Assembly (NCBI GenBank): GCA_964016885.1
Contig: OZ024742.1
Coordinates: 350,052,001 to 350,116,000 of the forward strand
DNA: 64,000 bases
Direction: 5' to 3'
From: Eledone cirrhosa
Taxonomy: Eukaryota
Of the stretch, positions 1-17,890 are shown piece by piece. A program made the translations under genes and the position numbers. The number at the start of each line of letters is the position of its first letter. Position 1 is the first letter of the stretch. Under the pieces are notes generated by a model. The model worked only from the letters and a program-made list of their open reading frames with translations. It did not search any database and was not told the DNA's origin.

Positions 1-346
1 TTTATCCTTGATCGGATATTTCCAAAAAGCGAATGAAACCACATGGGGTAGAAACATCATTTTGGTATGTTTATATACATTTTTTCTTCTAATTTTGATT
101 TTATACCTAATTGTGTATGCTTGACGATATATTTAATCGATTTCCACGTGCTATTAGAAATGGTGGGTAAATATTCTATAGCTGTAGATCGCGGATAGAT
201 AGCTGTTGTTTATTTATGTATTATTTCTTCATAGATGCCTTTTAATCTTATAGTCTTGTTTAATTGGTTTTTTGTGTGGTTGATTATGCTGATTGGGAGA
301 GGAAATAATGTATATATTTTATCAAATGATTCTATGGACATACTTT

Positions 347-384
<38 letters not shown>

Positions 385-506
385 GATCTACCAACTCATA
401 ATATTATAATATTATAAAATTAAATCAAATTATTTAACACTACAAGTGAATTCTTTCCTTTCCTTTTTTCAAATATACCTAACTGTACCAAGGATCTCAC
501 ACATTT

Positions 507-544
<38 letters not shown>

Positions 545-578
545 ATGTGTGTGTATTCACACACACACATATATATAT

Positions 579-730
579 ATATTGTTATACTTGGGGAGTG
601 TCATGTTGCCAATAAAAGCACCCCTGTTTAATTTCACTACAGGTCTACTAGTAAACAGAAAGTAAATCCACCTTCAATGGGAAGCTTGGATGGAATAACG
701 ATAATCTCACGACCTACTAACGACAATATA
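579..730 (-). mobile_element. PLE pLTR 3'-end fragment abutting (TA)n
   Basis: Reverse complement reads TTGGCAACATGACACTCCCCAAGTATAACAATAT, the same terminal motif as at 27650-27692, 49285-49320 and 52602-52630. The inner boundary is approximate. Confidence 0.6.
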
Positions 731-998
731 AGAATTAATGACGACACACAAGAATCAATCTAAATAGTGGGGTGGGGGAGGACAAACATAAACCCTTCCG
801 TGATAGAATACAGTAGAATACAGGAATAGAATGATTACCACGTGACTGGTGATAGAATGAAAAACGACATAGTCGCACATTCACACGAAAGCCTGGCGAG
901 AAACAAGTCATAAATACATACATACATGCACAGATATACGTACACACGTGTATACACATGACACACACAGCAGCTTGTATAAGTAGCAACACACAAAG

Positions 999-999
<1 letters not shown>

Positions 1000-1058
<59 letters not shown>
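1000..1058. repeat. (AC)n microsatellite
   Basis: Perfect AC run. Confidence 0.95.
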
Positions 1059-1061
<3 letters not shown>

Positions 1062-1429
1062 CACAAATCCACACGCATGTGCAGATGACATACAAAGCAC
1101 AGATAGAAAAGCTGGAGTAAATAAACCAAAATCAGAACAACGAGAAGACGAAGAGAAACAAAAATAGTTACAGAAAGGGTTACTGAAAGGGTTACAGTAT
1201 GGTGTCGAAAGTGCTTTGATTCTTAGATATGACAATCAAATAACCATACTGTCAGTGAACTAACCGACGAATATATCAGTTATCTAAGTAATAACTGAAA
1301 TAAAACTAAACTAGTGTATTTATTGGTAACATATCTCTCTCATATTATAACTATTTCAATGCCTGATTTCACATCGAAAAGACTTGCAAAACAAATGGAA
1401 ATACGAAGTACATACTAACACACGCACGC

Positions 1430-3370
<1,941 letters not shown>

Positions 3371-3447
3371 GTGCTTATATAAACATACCCTAACACAAAC
3401 AAATATAAGAAAGTTTTATTTATATACTATTACTTATGATGACTTTG

Positions 3448-3462
3448 ATAATAATAATAATA

Positions 3463-3505
<43 letters not shown>
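3448..3505. repeat. (AAT)n microsatellite
   Basis: Direct reading. Confidence 0.9.
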
Positions 3506-3507
<2 letters not shown>

Positions 3508-3649
3508 TAGTAATGGCAACAAAATAAGTAATTTCTTTTTTTACAACTTTAGTTGCAGTCGTTGTTTGAATAGACAAATCTAGGATTAAAACTACATATC
3601 TCCTAGTTTTTCGGTTTGTTATTGTCTAAATATTTGTACACCCTCATAT

Positions 3650-4546
<897 letters not shown>

Positions 4547-4785
4547 TATTTGTCTATTAGTATGAGCTCCACTGTTAATATGTGATTGTGTGTGAATATG
4601 TCTGTGAGTGTGTCTGTGAGTATTTCTGTGAATGTGTGTATGTGTGTGTATGTGTGTGAGTGTGTGTGAATATATTTTGGGAATACATTTTCTTTTTCTG
4701 GTAAACAAAAATAAAATTATATTGTTTATAAATATATCGATATAACAACTGGATTTAATTCACGACTTCAATCAGTTTCTGATAC

Positions 4786-7700
4786 CTAGAGGAAACCTAA
4801 ACAGGAAGAAACCTAAATATGAGGAAACCTAAACACGAGGAAACCTAAACATGAGGAACCCTAAACATGAGGAAATCTAAATATAAGGAAGCCTAAACAT
4901 GAGGAAACCTAAACACGAGGAAAGCAAAACATGAGGAAACCTGAACATCAGGAATCCTAAACATCAGGAAACCTAAACATGAGGAAACCTAAACATGAGG
5001 AAACCTAAACATGAGAAAATCTAAACTTGAGGAAAACTAAATATGAGGAAACCTAAACATCAGGAAACCTAAATAGGAGGAAACCTAAACATGAGGTACC
5101 GTAAACATGAGGAAATCTAAATATATGGAAACCTAAACATGAGGAAACCTAAACAGGAGGAAACATAAAAACGAGGAACCCAAAACACGAAGAAACTTAA
5201 GCATCTGGAAAACTAAACATGAGGAAACATAAACAGGAGGAAACCTAAACATGAGGAAACCTAAACATAAGGAACACTAAACACAAGGAAACCTGAACAT
5301 GAGGAAACCTGAGCACGAGGAAACCTAAACATAAGCAAACCCAACCACCAGGAAACCTAAACATGAGGACACCTAAACAGGGGGAAAGCTAAACAGGAGG
5401 AAACCTAAACATGAGGAAACCTAAACATGAGGAAACCTAAATATCAGGAAACCTAAACATGAGAAAACCTAAACATGAGGAAACCTAAACAGGAGGAAAC
5501 TAAACACGCGGAAACCTAGACACCAGGAAACCTAAACATGAGTAAACATAAACAAAAGGAACCTGAAATACGAGGAAACCTAAACAGGAAGAAACATAAA
5601 CTTGAGGAAAGCTAAACATGAGGAAACCTAAACACGTGGAAACTTTAACATGTGGAAACCTAAACATAAGAAAACCTAAACACGATGGAAAATAAACAAG
5701 AGTAAAACTAAACATGAGGAAACCTAAACAGGAGGAAACCTAAACAGAAGGAAAACGAAACATGAGGAAGCTTAAACAAGAGGAAACCTAAATATGAGGA
5801 AACCGAAACATGAGGAAACCTAAACAAGAGCAAACCTAAACATGAGGAAACATAAACATGAGAAAACCTAAACATGAGGAAACCTATACAGGAGGAAAAC
5901 TAAACAGGAGGAAACCTGAACAGGAGGAAACCTACACATAACGAAACCTAAACAGGAGGAAACCTAAATATGAGAAAACCTGAACATGAGGAAACCTAAA
6001 CAGGAGGAAACCTAAACAAGGGAAAACTTAAACATGATGAAACCTAAACATGAAGAAAGCTAAACATTAGGAAACCTAAACAGTAGGAAAATTAAGCATG
6101 AGGAAACCTTAACATGAGGAAACCTAAATACGAAGAAGCCTAAACATGAGAAAATCTAAACATCAGGAAGCCTAAACACGAGGAAACCTAAACATTAGGA
6201 AACCTAAATATGAGGAAACCCAAACATCAGGAAACCTAAACATGAGGAAACCTAAACAGGAAGAAACCTAAACACGAGGAAACCTAAAAATCAGCAAACC
6301 TAAACATGAGCAAACCTAAACATAAGGAAACTTAACTAGGAAGAAACCTAAACATGAGGAGACCTAGACATTAGGAAACCTAAACACGAGGAAACCTAAA
6401 CATGAGAAAACCTAAACTTGAGGAAAACTAAATATGGGGAAACCTAAACATGAGGAAACCTAAATAGGAGGAAACCTAAACATGAGGAACCCTAAACATG
6501 AGGAAATCTAAATATAAGGAAACCTAAACATGAGGAAAGCTAAACACGAGGAAACCTAAAAAGCAGGAAACCTAACCACGAGGAAATCTAAACAGGAGAA
6601 AAACTAAACATGAGGAAACTTAAACATTAGGAAACCTAAACATAAGGAAACCTAAACATCTATAAACCTAAACAAGAGGAAACCTAAACAGCTGGAAACC
6701 TAAACACCAGGAAACCTAACCACGAGGAAACCTAAACAGGAGTAAAACTAAACATGAGGAAAACTAAACATGAGAAAACATAAACATGAGGAAACCTAAA
6801 GAGGAGTAAAACTAAACACGAGGAAGCCTAAACAAGAGGAAACCTAAACACGAGGAGACCGAAACATGAGGAAAACTAAACAGGAGGAAACCTAAACAAG
6901 AGGAGACCTAAGAACGAGGAAAACTTGGCATCAATAAACCTAAACACGAGGAAACCTAAACAGGAGGGAACCTAAACATGAGGAAACCTAAACAGGAGGG
7001 AACCTAAACACGAGGAAACCTAAACATGAGGAAACCTAAACATGAGGAAACCTAAACGTGAGGAAACCTAAACATGAGGAAACCTAAACATGAGGAAACC
7101 TAAACACGAGGAAACCTATACAGGAGGAAACCTAAACAGGAGGAAAATTGAACAGGAGGAAACCTAAACACGAGGAAAACTAAACACGAGGAAACCTCAA
7201 CAGGAGCAGGTCTAAACATGAGGAAACCTAAATATGAGAAAATCTAAACACGAGGAAACCTAAACAGGAGGGAACCTAAACACGAGGAAACCTAAACAGG
7301 AGGGAACCTAAACACGAGGAAACCTAAACACGAGGATACCTAAACAGGAGGGAACCTAAACACGAAGAAACCTAAACATGAGGAAACCTAAACAGGAGGA
7401 ACCCTATACAGGAGTATACTTAAACAGGAGGAAAATCTAACAGGAGGAAACCTAAACATGAGGAAAGCTAAACAGGAGGAAAGCTAAAGATGAGAAAGCC
7501 TAAACAAGAGGAAACCTAAAAACGAGGAAAACTAAACAGGAGGGAACCTAAACACGAGGAAACTTAAACAGAAGGGAATCTAAACACGAGGAAACCTAAA
7601 TGTCAGGAAACATAAACGTCAGGAAACCTAAACATGGGGGAACCTAAACATCAGGAAACCTAAACATGAAGAAACCTAAACAGGAGGAAACCTAAACACG

Positions 7701-10700
7701 AGGGATCCTAAACACCAGCAAACCTAAACATGAGTAAACCTAAACATAGGGAAATTTAAATAGGAAAAAACCTAAACATGAGGAAACCTAAACAGGAGGA
7801 AACCTAAACTTGAGGAAACCTAAACAGGAGGAAACCGAAACATGAGGAAACCTAAACAAGAGGAAACCTAAACAAGAGGAAACATAAAAACGAGGAAACC
7901 TAAACATGAGGAAACCTAAACAGGAGGGAAACTACACACGAGGAAACCTAAACATGAGGAAACCTAAACAGGAGGAAACCTAAACACGAGGAAACCTATA
8001 CAGGAGGAAACCTAAACAGGAGGAAAATTGAACAGGAACAAACCTAAACAGGAGGAAAGCTAAACATGTTGAAACCTAAACAGGAGAAAACGTAAACGTG
8101 AAGAAACGTAAACAGGAAGAAACTTGAACATGAGGAAACCTAAACATGAGGAAACCTAAATATGAGAAAACCTAAACAGGAGGAAACCTAAACGTGAGGA
8201 AACCTAATCAAGAGAAAATCTAAACATGAGGAAGCCTAAACAGGAGGAAACCTAAACATGAGGAAACCGAAACATAAGGAAACTTAAACATTAGGAAACC
8301 TAAACACGAGGAAACCTAAAGATCTATAAACCTAAACACGAGGAAGCCTAAACACGAGGAAACCTAAACAGGAGTAAAACTAAACATGAGGAAACCTAAA
8401 CATGAGAAAACATAAACATGAGGAAACCTAAACAGGAGTAAAACTATACACGAGGAAGCCTAAACAGGAGGAAACCTAAAGATGAGGAAACCGAAACATG
8501 AGGAAACCTAAACAGGAGGAAACCCAAACAAGAGGAATCCTAAAAACGAGGAAACCTAAACATAAGGAAACATAAACAGAAGGAAACCTAAACGGGAGGA
8601 GACCTAAACAGGAGCAAACCTAAACATGAGGAAACCTTAACAAGAGGAAACTTAAACACGAGGAAACCTAAACAGGAGGGAATCTAATCACGTGGAAACC
8701 TAAACATGAGGAAACCTAAACATGAGGAAACCTAAACAGGAGGGAATCTAAACACGAGGAAACCTAAACAGGAGGAAACCTAAACACGAGGAAACCTATA
8801 CAGGAGGAAACCTAAACAGGATGAAAATTGAACAAGAGGAAACCTAAACATGAGGAAACTTAAAGAGGAGGAAAGCTAAACATGAGAAAACCTAAACAAT
8901 AGGAAACCTAAAAACGAGGAAACCTAAACAGGAGGGAACCTAAATACGAGGAAACCTAAACAGGATGGAACCTAAACAGGAGAAAACCTAAACGTAAAGA
9001 AACGTAAACAGGGAGAAACTTGAACATGAGTAAACCTAAACATGATGAAACCTAAATATGAGAAAACCTAAACAGGAAGAAACCTAAACGCGAGGAAACC
9101 TAATCAGGAGGAAATCTAAACATGAGGAAACCTAAACATCATGAAACCTAAACATGAAGAAACCTAAACAGGAGGAAACCTAAACATGAGGACACCTAAA
9201 CATTAGGAAATTTAAATAGGAAGAAACCTAAACATGAGGACACCTAAACTTGAGGAAACCTATACAGGAGGAAGCCGAAACATGAGGAAACCTAAACAGG
9301 AGGAAACCTAAACAAGAGGAAACCTAAACAGGAGGAAACCGAAACATGAGGAAACCTAAACAGGAGGAAACCTAAACAAGAGGAAACCTAAAAACGAGGA
9401 AACCTAAACATGAGAAAGCATAAACAGGAGGAAACCTAAACAGGAGGAAACCTAAACGCGAGGAAACCTAAACAGGAGCAAACCTAAACATGAGGAAACC
9501 GTAACACGAGGAAACCTAAACACGAGGGATCCTAAACACCAGCAAACCTAAACATGAGTAAACCTAAACATAAGGAAATTTAAATAGGAAAAAACCTAAA
9601 CATGAGGAAACCTAAACAGGAGGAAACCTAAACTTGAGGAAACCTAAACAGGAGGAAACCGAAACATGAGGAAACCTAAACAAGAGGAAACCTAAACAAG
9701 AGGAAACATAAAAACGAGGAAACCTAAACATGAGGAAACCTAAACAGGAGGGAAACTACACACGAGGAAACCTAAACATGAGGAAACCTAAACAGGAGGA
9801 AACCTAAACACGAGGAAACCTATACAGGAGGAAACCTAAACAGGAGGAAAATTGAACAGGAACAAACCTAAACAGGAGGAAAGCTAAACATGTTGAAGCC
9901 TAAACAGGAGAAAACGTAAACGTGAAGAAACGTAAACAGGAAGAAACTTGAACATGAGGAAACCTAAACATGAGGAAACCTAAATATGAGAAAACCTAAA
10001 CAGGAGGAAACCTAAACGTGAGGAAACCTAATCAAGAGAAAATCTAAACATGAGGAAGCCTAAACAGGAGGAAACCTAAACATGAGGAAACCGAAACATA
10101 AGGAAACTTAAACATTAGGAAACCTAAACACGAGGAAACCTAAAGATCTATAAACCTAAACACGAGGAAGCCTAAACACGAGGAAACCTAAACAGGAGTA
10201 AAACTAAACATGAGGAAACCTAAACATGAGAAAACATAAACATGAGGAAACCTAAACAGGAGTAAAACTATACACGAGGAAGCCTAAACAGGAGGAAACC
10301 TAAAGATGAGGAAACCGAAACATGAGGAAACCTAAACAGGAGGAAACCCAAACAAGAGGAATCCTAAAAACGAGGAAACCTAAACATGAGGAAACATAAA
10401 CAGAAGGAAACCTAAACGGGAGGAGACCTAAACAGGAGCAAACCTAAACATGAGGAAACCTTAACATGAGGAAACTTAAACACGAGGAAACCTAAACAGG
10501 AGGGAATCTAATCACGTGGAAACCTAAACATGAGGAAACCTAAACATGAGGAAACCTAAACAGGAGGGAATCTAAACACGAGGAAACCTAAACAGGAGGA
10601 AACCTAAACACGAGGAAACCTATACAGGAGGAAACCTAAACAGGAGGAAAATTGAACAAGAGGAAACCTAAACATGAGGAAACTTAAAGAGGAGGAAAGC

Positions 10701-13700
10701 TAAACATGAGAAAACCTAAACAATAGGAAACCTAAAAACGAGGAAACCTAAACAGGAGGGAACCTAAATACGAGGAAACCTAAACAGGAGGGAACCTAAA
10801 CAGGAGAAAACCTAAACGTGAAGAAACGTAAACAGGGAGAAACTTGAACATGAGTAAACCTAAACATGATGAAACCTAAATATGAGAAAACCTAAACAGG
10901 AAGAAACCTAAACGCGAGGAAACCTAATCAGGAGGAAATCTAAACATGAGGAAACCTAAACATCATGAAACCTAAACATGAAGAAACCTAAACAGGAGGA
11001 AACCTAAACATGAGGACACCTAAACATTAGGAAATTTAAATAGGAAGAAACCTAAACATGAGGACACCTAAACTTGAGGAAACCTATACAGGAGGAAGCC
11101 GAAACATGAGGAAACCTAAACAGGAGGAAACCTAAACAAGAGGAAACCTAAACAGGAGGAAACCGAAACATGAGGAAACCTAAACACGAGGAAACCTAAA
11201 CAAGAGGAAACCTAAAAACGAGGAAACCTAAACATGAGAAAACATAAACAGGAGGAAACCTAAACAGGAGGAAACCTAAACACGAGGAAACCTAAACAGG
11301 AGCAAACCTAAACATGAGGAAACCGTAACACGAGGAAACCTAAACACGAGGGATCCTAAACACCAGCAAACCTAAACATGAGTAAACCTAAACATAAGGA
11401 AATTTAAATAGGAAAAACCTAAACATGAGGAAACCTAAACAGGAGGAAACCTAAACTTGAGGAAACCTAAACAGGAGGAAACCGAAACATGAGGAAACCT
11501 AAACAAGAGGAAACCTAAACATGAGGAAACATAAAAACGAGGAAACATAAACATGAGGAAACCTAAACAGGAGGGAAACTACACACGAGGAAACCTAAAC
11601 ATGAGGAAACCTAAACAAGAGGGAACCTAAACACGAGGAAACCTATACAGGAGGAAACCTAAACAGGAGGAAAATTGAACAGGAACAAACCTAAACAGGA
11701 GGAAAGCTAAACATGTTGAAACCTAAACAGGAGAAAACGTAAACGTGAAGAAACGTAAACAGGAAGAAACTTGAACATGAGGAAACCTAAACATGAGGAA
11801 ACCTAAATATGAGAAAACCTAAACAGGAGGAAACCTAAACGTGAGGAAACCTAATCAAGAGAAAATCTAAACATGAGGAAGCCTAAACAGGAGGAAACCT
11901 AAACATGAGGAAACCGAAACATAAGGAAACTTAAACATTAGGAAACCTAAACACGAGGAAACCTAAAGATCTATAAACGTAAACACGAGGAAGCCTAAAC
12001 ACGAGGAAACCTAAACAGGAGCAAAACTAAACATGAAGAAACCTAAACATGAGAAAACATAAACATGAGGAAACCTAAACAGGAGTAAAACTATACACGA
12101 GGAAGCCTAAACAGGAGGAAACCTAAAGATGAGGAAACCGAAACATGAGGAAACCTAAACAGGAGGAAACCCAAACAAGAGGAATCCTAAAAACGAGGAA
12201 ACCTAAACATGAGGAAACATAAACAGAAGGAAACCTAAACGGGAGGAGACCTAAACAGGAGCAAACCTAAACATGAGGAAACCATAACTTGAGGAAACTA
12301 AACACGAGGAAACCTAAACAGGAGGGAATCTAATCACGTGGAAACCTAAACATGAGGAAACCTAAACATGAGGAAACCTAAACAGGAGGGAATCTAAACA
12401 CGAGGAAACCTAAACAGGAGGAAACCTAAACACGAGGAAACCTATACAGGAGGAAACCTAAACAGGAGGAAAATTGAACAAGAGGAAACCTAAACATGAG
12501 GAAACTTAAACAGGAGGAAAGCTAAACAGGAGGAAACCTAAACATGAGGACACCTAAACATTAGGAAATTTAAATAGGAAGAAACCTAAACATGAGGACA
12601 CCTAAACTTGAGGAAACCTATACAGGAGGAAGCCGAAACATGAGGAAACCTAAACAGGAGGAAACCTAAACAAGAGGAAACCTAAACAGGAGGAAACCGA
12701 AACATGAGGAAACCTAAACAGGAGGAAACCTAAACAAGAGGAAACCTAAAAACGAGGAAACCTAAACATGAGAAAACATAAACAGGAGGAAACCTAAACA
12801 GGAGGAAACCTAAACACGAGGAAACCTAAACAGGAGCAAACCTAAACATGAGGAAACCGTAACACGAGGAAACCTAAACATGAGGAAACCTAAACAGGAG
12901 GGAACCTAAACACGAGAAAACCTAAGCATGAGGAAACCTAAACAGGAGGAAACCTTAACACGAGGAAACCTATACAGGAGGAAACCTAACCAGGAGGAAA
13001 GCTAAATATGAGAAAACCTAAACACGAGGAAACCTAATCATTTTGAAACCTAAACAGGAGAAAACCTAAACGTGAAGAAACGTAAACAGGAAGAAACTTG
13101 AACATGAGGAAACCGAAACATGAGGAAACTTAAACATTAAAAAACCTAAACACGAGGAAACCTAAACAGGTGGACCCCTAAACACCAGAAAACCTAACCA
13201 CGAGGAAACCTAAACAGGAGGAAACCTTGACATGGGGAAACCTAAACAGGAGGAAGCCTAAACATGAGGAAACCTAAACAGGAGTAAAACTAAACACGAG
13301 GAAACCTAAACATGAGAAAACATAAACATGAGGAAACCTAACCAGGAGGAAAATTAAACACAAGGAAGTCTAAACAAGAGGAAACGTAAACATGAGGAAA
13401 CCTAAACATGAGGAAACCTAAACATGATAAAACATAAACATGAGGACACATAAACAGGAGTAAAACTAAATATGAGGAAACCTAAACATGAGGAAACATA
13501 AACAGGAGGAAACCTAAACAGGAGGAAACCTAAACACGAGGGAACCTAAACAGGAGGAAACCTAAACATAAGGAAACCTAAACAGGAGGGAACCTAAACA
13601 CGAGGAAACCTAAATATCAGGAAACATAAACTCCAGGAAACCTAAACACGAGGAAACCTAAATATCAGGAAACCTAAACATGAGGAAGCCTAAACAGGAG

Positions 13701-14552
13701 GAAACCTAAACACGAGGAAACCTAAACACCAGCACACTTAAACATGAGTAAATCTAAACATGAGGAAATTTAAATAGGAAGTAACCTAAACATGAGGGAA
13801 CTTAAACACGAGGAAACCTAAACATGAGGAAACCTAAACAGGAGGGAACCTAAACACGAGGAAACCTAAATATCAGTAAACATAAACGTTACAAAACATA
13901 AACATGAGGAAACCTAAACAGGAGGAAACCTAAACAGGAGGGAACCTAAACACGAGGAAACCTAAATATCAGCAAACATAAACGTTACAAAACCTAAACA
14001 TCAGGAAACCTAAACAGGAGGAAAATTGAACAGGAGGAAAGCTAAACATGAGGAAACCTAAACAGGAGGAAAGCTAAACATGAGAAAACCTAAACACGAG
14101 GAAACCTAAACATGTTGAAACCTAAATAGGAGAAAACCTAAACGTGAAGAAATGTAAACAGGAAGAAACTTGAACATGGGGAAACCTAAACATGAAGAAA
14201 CCTAAATATGAGAAAACCTAAACAGGAGGAAACCTAAACGCGAGGAAACCTAATCAGGAGGAAATCTAAACACGAGGAAGCCTAAACAGGGGCAAACCTT
14301 AACATGAGGAAGCCTAAACACGAGGAAACCTAAACAGGAGTAAAACTAAACATGAGGAAGCCTAAACATAAGGAAACCTGAACACGAGGAAACCTAAACA
14401 GGAGGAAACCTAAACAGGATGAAACCTAAACATAAGGAAACCTGAACATGAGGTAACCTAAACACGAGCAAACCTAAACAGGAGGAAACCTAAACATGAG
14501 GAAACCTAGAGGAAATCTAAACACGAGGAAACCTAGTGGAAACCTAAACATA
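4786..14552. repeat. 16-bp tandem satellite (consensus GAGGAAACCTAAACAT) with 1824-bp higher-order repeat
   Basis: Period 16 throughout. Rare variants recur at fixed spacing: AGGGATCC at 7701/9525/11349 and GATCTATAAA at 8321/10145/11968. Confidence 0.97.
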
Positions 14553-14767
14553 GATAAGGCTGAAGCTTCTCGCGATGTTTCTCTTCATGGTTCGTCGATA
14601 AATCTCTGACAAAAGTACTGCCGTTACAGAAAACCAGGAATACAAATAAAGTGATAGAGAAAATCACAGACCGTTATACACATACACTCAGACACATACA
14701 TACACACACATATATACATATACATGTATATATATATATATTTGTATGTATACATATTCATATATAA

Positions 14768-14837
<70 letters not shown>

Positions 14838-15730
14838 TGAGAGAGAGAGAGTGGGGGAGAGAGAGGGAGTGTGGAATATGGAGATATACAATGTTGTGAA
14901 AAGGAAGAGAAAAAATGAATGTCGTGTGTTAATCTTGGTGCATTACAGCTGAAATGATTAAGTAGATGAAGTATTGTTCTAGCGACTAACAAGTTGATAG
15001 CCAAAATCTACTTTCAGTGATTCCTAGTATTGTAGACGTCGCTTCAAATCACCTAATTTGGATGAGAATATGTATTAAAAGTTGTGAGAAACTTCTCAGA
15101 AAAACTTGCATCTTGCCCTGCAAGGGATTTATAGTTCTTATCAACCCAACATTTCTATGACTAAAGCTTTAGTAGAAGTGATTGACGTGTATGGATTCTG
15201 TATTTCATGAAATGAGTTTAGCCTAATTTAGTGGTTTATGAATTAGAGATAGTATGATATAATCTATGGAGGATGTTTGGGTATGAAAAACGTGAAACAT
15301 TCAAAGAAATACTGTGGGATTTGTAAAGTATAGGGGAAGGATGGGGAACACAATAACACAATACATGTCAGTTGTAATGGTGAGGTAGGAGCGATAAGAG
15401 ACATATTTATAGATTTTATTTATCGGAATGTAGCCTAGAATTATATGACGCTATTGTGTTTATAAAGAACATTACTGATGTAGTCAAAATACATTTATTT
15501 CCACCATTATTGGCAGCAGAATTATGAGGGAGCCGCTACTTGATACAAAATAGCAAGGGCATCACCATAAAATTACACCGTCATAAAAAGTCAAAGTGTC
15601 TTGAAAACAAGAGAGAAGACCTCATACAATGTAGTCCAATATAAATCTTCTGAAAATAAAATGGGGTTGTCATAGTTGAAATTTCTCTGCTACAATGTAT
15701 AATCATTTAGAACTGAAGACGAGCTGATAA

Positions 15731-15918
15731 CAATAATTGTTTCTACTTTCTAAAGGCCAGCAATTATTCCAGTGTATTACTGGTACTTAATTTTATCGAC
15801 CCCGTAAGGATGAAAGGCAAAGTTAACCTCGGCGGGATTTGAACTCAGACCATAAATGGACGTAACTCTTTGCTCCAAAGCATGGCGTCCGACCCTCTAC
15901 CGATACTGACAATCCACC
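15731..15918 (-). mobile_element. tRNA-derived SINE (main family)
   Basis: Reverse complement of the 40315-40505 copy, with B box GTTCAAATCC and core GCCTTTCATCCTTACGGGGTCGATAAAAT. Confidence 0.85.
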
Positions 15919-16343
15919 GAGCTGATAACAACAATGGCAACCAAATCATGAAGTAGATTATTTAGGGAAATACTCCTACCTTTACGACACTCAAGATGAA
16001 CGAATATTGCTTAATTTTGAGTAGGAATAAGAGTCTCCTATTAATGCTAAGGAAATAGTATGTCTCTGTTTTGTCTTAGAATATTTATTTGATGAATATT
16101 AATAAGGAATTCATAAAGATTCTAACTGGATTTGACCCAAGAACAATAATGAAAAGAATCTATTACAATACACAACATAATGAGCAATTTTTGTTAGTCA
16201 CTATACAATTCAGTAGAAAAATACATAAGGTTATTGTGGAGAAATGGAAGTTAGACGAGTTCAGATTTCAGTTAATTAACGAAAGGTTATTAATACTAAC
16301 GTATTATTCACAGCATTACTACACATATTTATGTAAACTGAAT

Positions 16344-17012
16344 TGTCAGGTCAGGCTTCTGCCTGTTACTAGTATCCTGTAACCCAGTAAAACCTGTTTC
16401 ATGGTTGAGTAGTCAGTGACTAAACTAGCCCCCCCCCCCCCGGCCACCTGGAGATCCTGGTATGGCGAGGAGGGTAAGTGGAAACCCAGCAACACAAAAC
16501 ATAACAAGATCTGTTAAAAGATTGGATGAACTCCTCAGAATCAACTGACCAAGCGTGGTGAGTACGGCTACACCCCTGACTAGGCCAAAACCAAACAGAA
16601 AGCAGTGGAAGTCAACCCGGAAGGAGTTCCTCTGAGTGAGAAGGCTCTAGATTAGATTGGATATATATATATATATTGTACTGTGTTGTAGTCAGATCAG
16701 GTTTCTACGTGGTATTACTGGTACAATGTAACCCAGTACAACCTCCTTCATTGTTGAGTGAGAAGGGTGAGTTGAACCCCAGCAGCACAAAAAACAAGAT
16801 CTGTTAAACGGGGGGGGGGGGGGGGGCGAACTCCTCAGAATCAATGAGCCCTCCCCCTCCAAACAAATGTTGGCTAAATAGCCTCACCAACCCGTAATTA
16901 GCCAAGAATGGTGAAAACGGCTACACCTTTGATATGACCAAAACAAAACAGAAGGGAGTGGAAATCAACCAGGAAGGAGTTACTCCAATAGGAGTGAGAA
17001 GGCACTAGATTG
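16344..17012 (+). mobile_element. Two tandem diverged copies (16344-16650, 16690-17012) of an RTE-like 5'-UTR-derived repeat
   Basis: The copies share GTAACCCAGTA.AACCT..TTCAT.GTTGAGT and GAACTCCTCAGAATCAA. The 5' part resembles the reverse complement of 59380-59510 (GTCAGGT.A...CCCAGTACAACCTGT...GACTAAACT...GAGGAGGGT). Confidence 0.55.
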
Positions 17013-17729
17013 GAGTTTTGCATCATTTACATGATATTTGCCATGTTCTCTAATATCTGTCGGTAATATATTTTGAAGCCTTCAAACTAAAATCTGCCAA
17101 AAATAATATTTAGATTTTTTCATTTTAGACTCTTCCAATATCTCTCAAAAGAAGGGTTAGCATCACAACGTGTAATACTAACCTTTTAGACTATTCCTAA
17201 CAACAGTTGTCTTCTACGACTCAATAATTTCTATGGCGTTGTTATTCATCAAGTATGTAATTAAATGTCAGATCACATGACTTCAGCTACAATTGACATA
17301 AATGAGGCCCATTAACGGAAATCAATAGGGCGACCTTTGTTAAGTGGTTACGTGCTTTCTCCATAACTAGATTGAAATTAAATAGGACTTCCTATAGATT
17401 GTTCTAAATCTGAAATCAATGACTGATAAGTTTCAGAAAGCCAGTATAATGCGGTAAAATACAGAAAGGGCAAAGGATGGCAAATAAAACAAAACAAATA
17501 ATATTTTACTCAGTATATTTCAACATATTTCGGCTTTTACCCACTTTTCAAATGAAAAACGAAAACGGTTCAAAACAAAAACGAACGATTGATGTGTTCC
17601 TCCCTAACTGTATTTCTCAAACCACATATCTCTAACACGATTTAATTCTAAGTTACAATATTAAACATTATAGGTTACAAAGAAACATAACAGATTTAAA
17701 CGACCCGAGAAATACTGTCGTTGTAATAC

Positions 17730-17890
17730 ACCAAAGTTACGGCATTTTACGTTCTGAGTTCAAATCCCGCCAAGGTTAGCTTTGCCTTTCATGCTTACAA
17801 AGAACAAAATAAAGTACCTGTAACGAACTGGGGTCGATTTAATCGACTTTCTCTTCCCCTCAAATTGCTGGTCTTGTGTCTATAGTACAA
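17730..17890 (+). mobile_element. tRNA-derived SINE (main family, partial)
   Basis: CTGAGTTCAAATCCCGCC...TTTGCCTTTCAT core. Confidence 0.7.

Noticed and set aside
4786-14552. CRISPR-like or telomeric array
   Set aside because: Contiguous 16-bp monomers with no unique spacers, no cas genes and no TTAGGG-type unit.
16430-16500. Possible HDV-like ribozyme in the RTE-like 5' region
   Set aside because: Could not build the nested double pseudoknot by eye. Would need a descriptor search.
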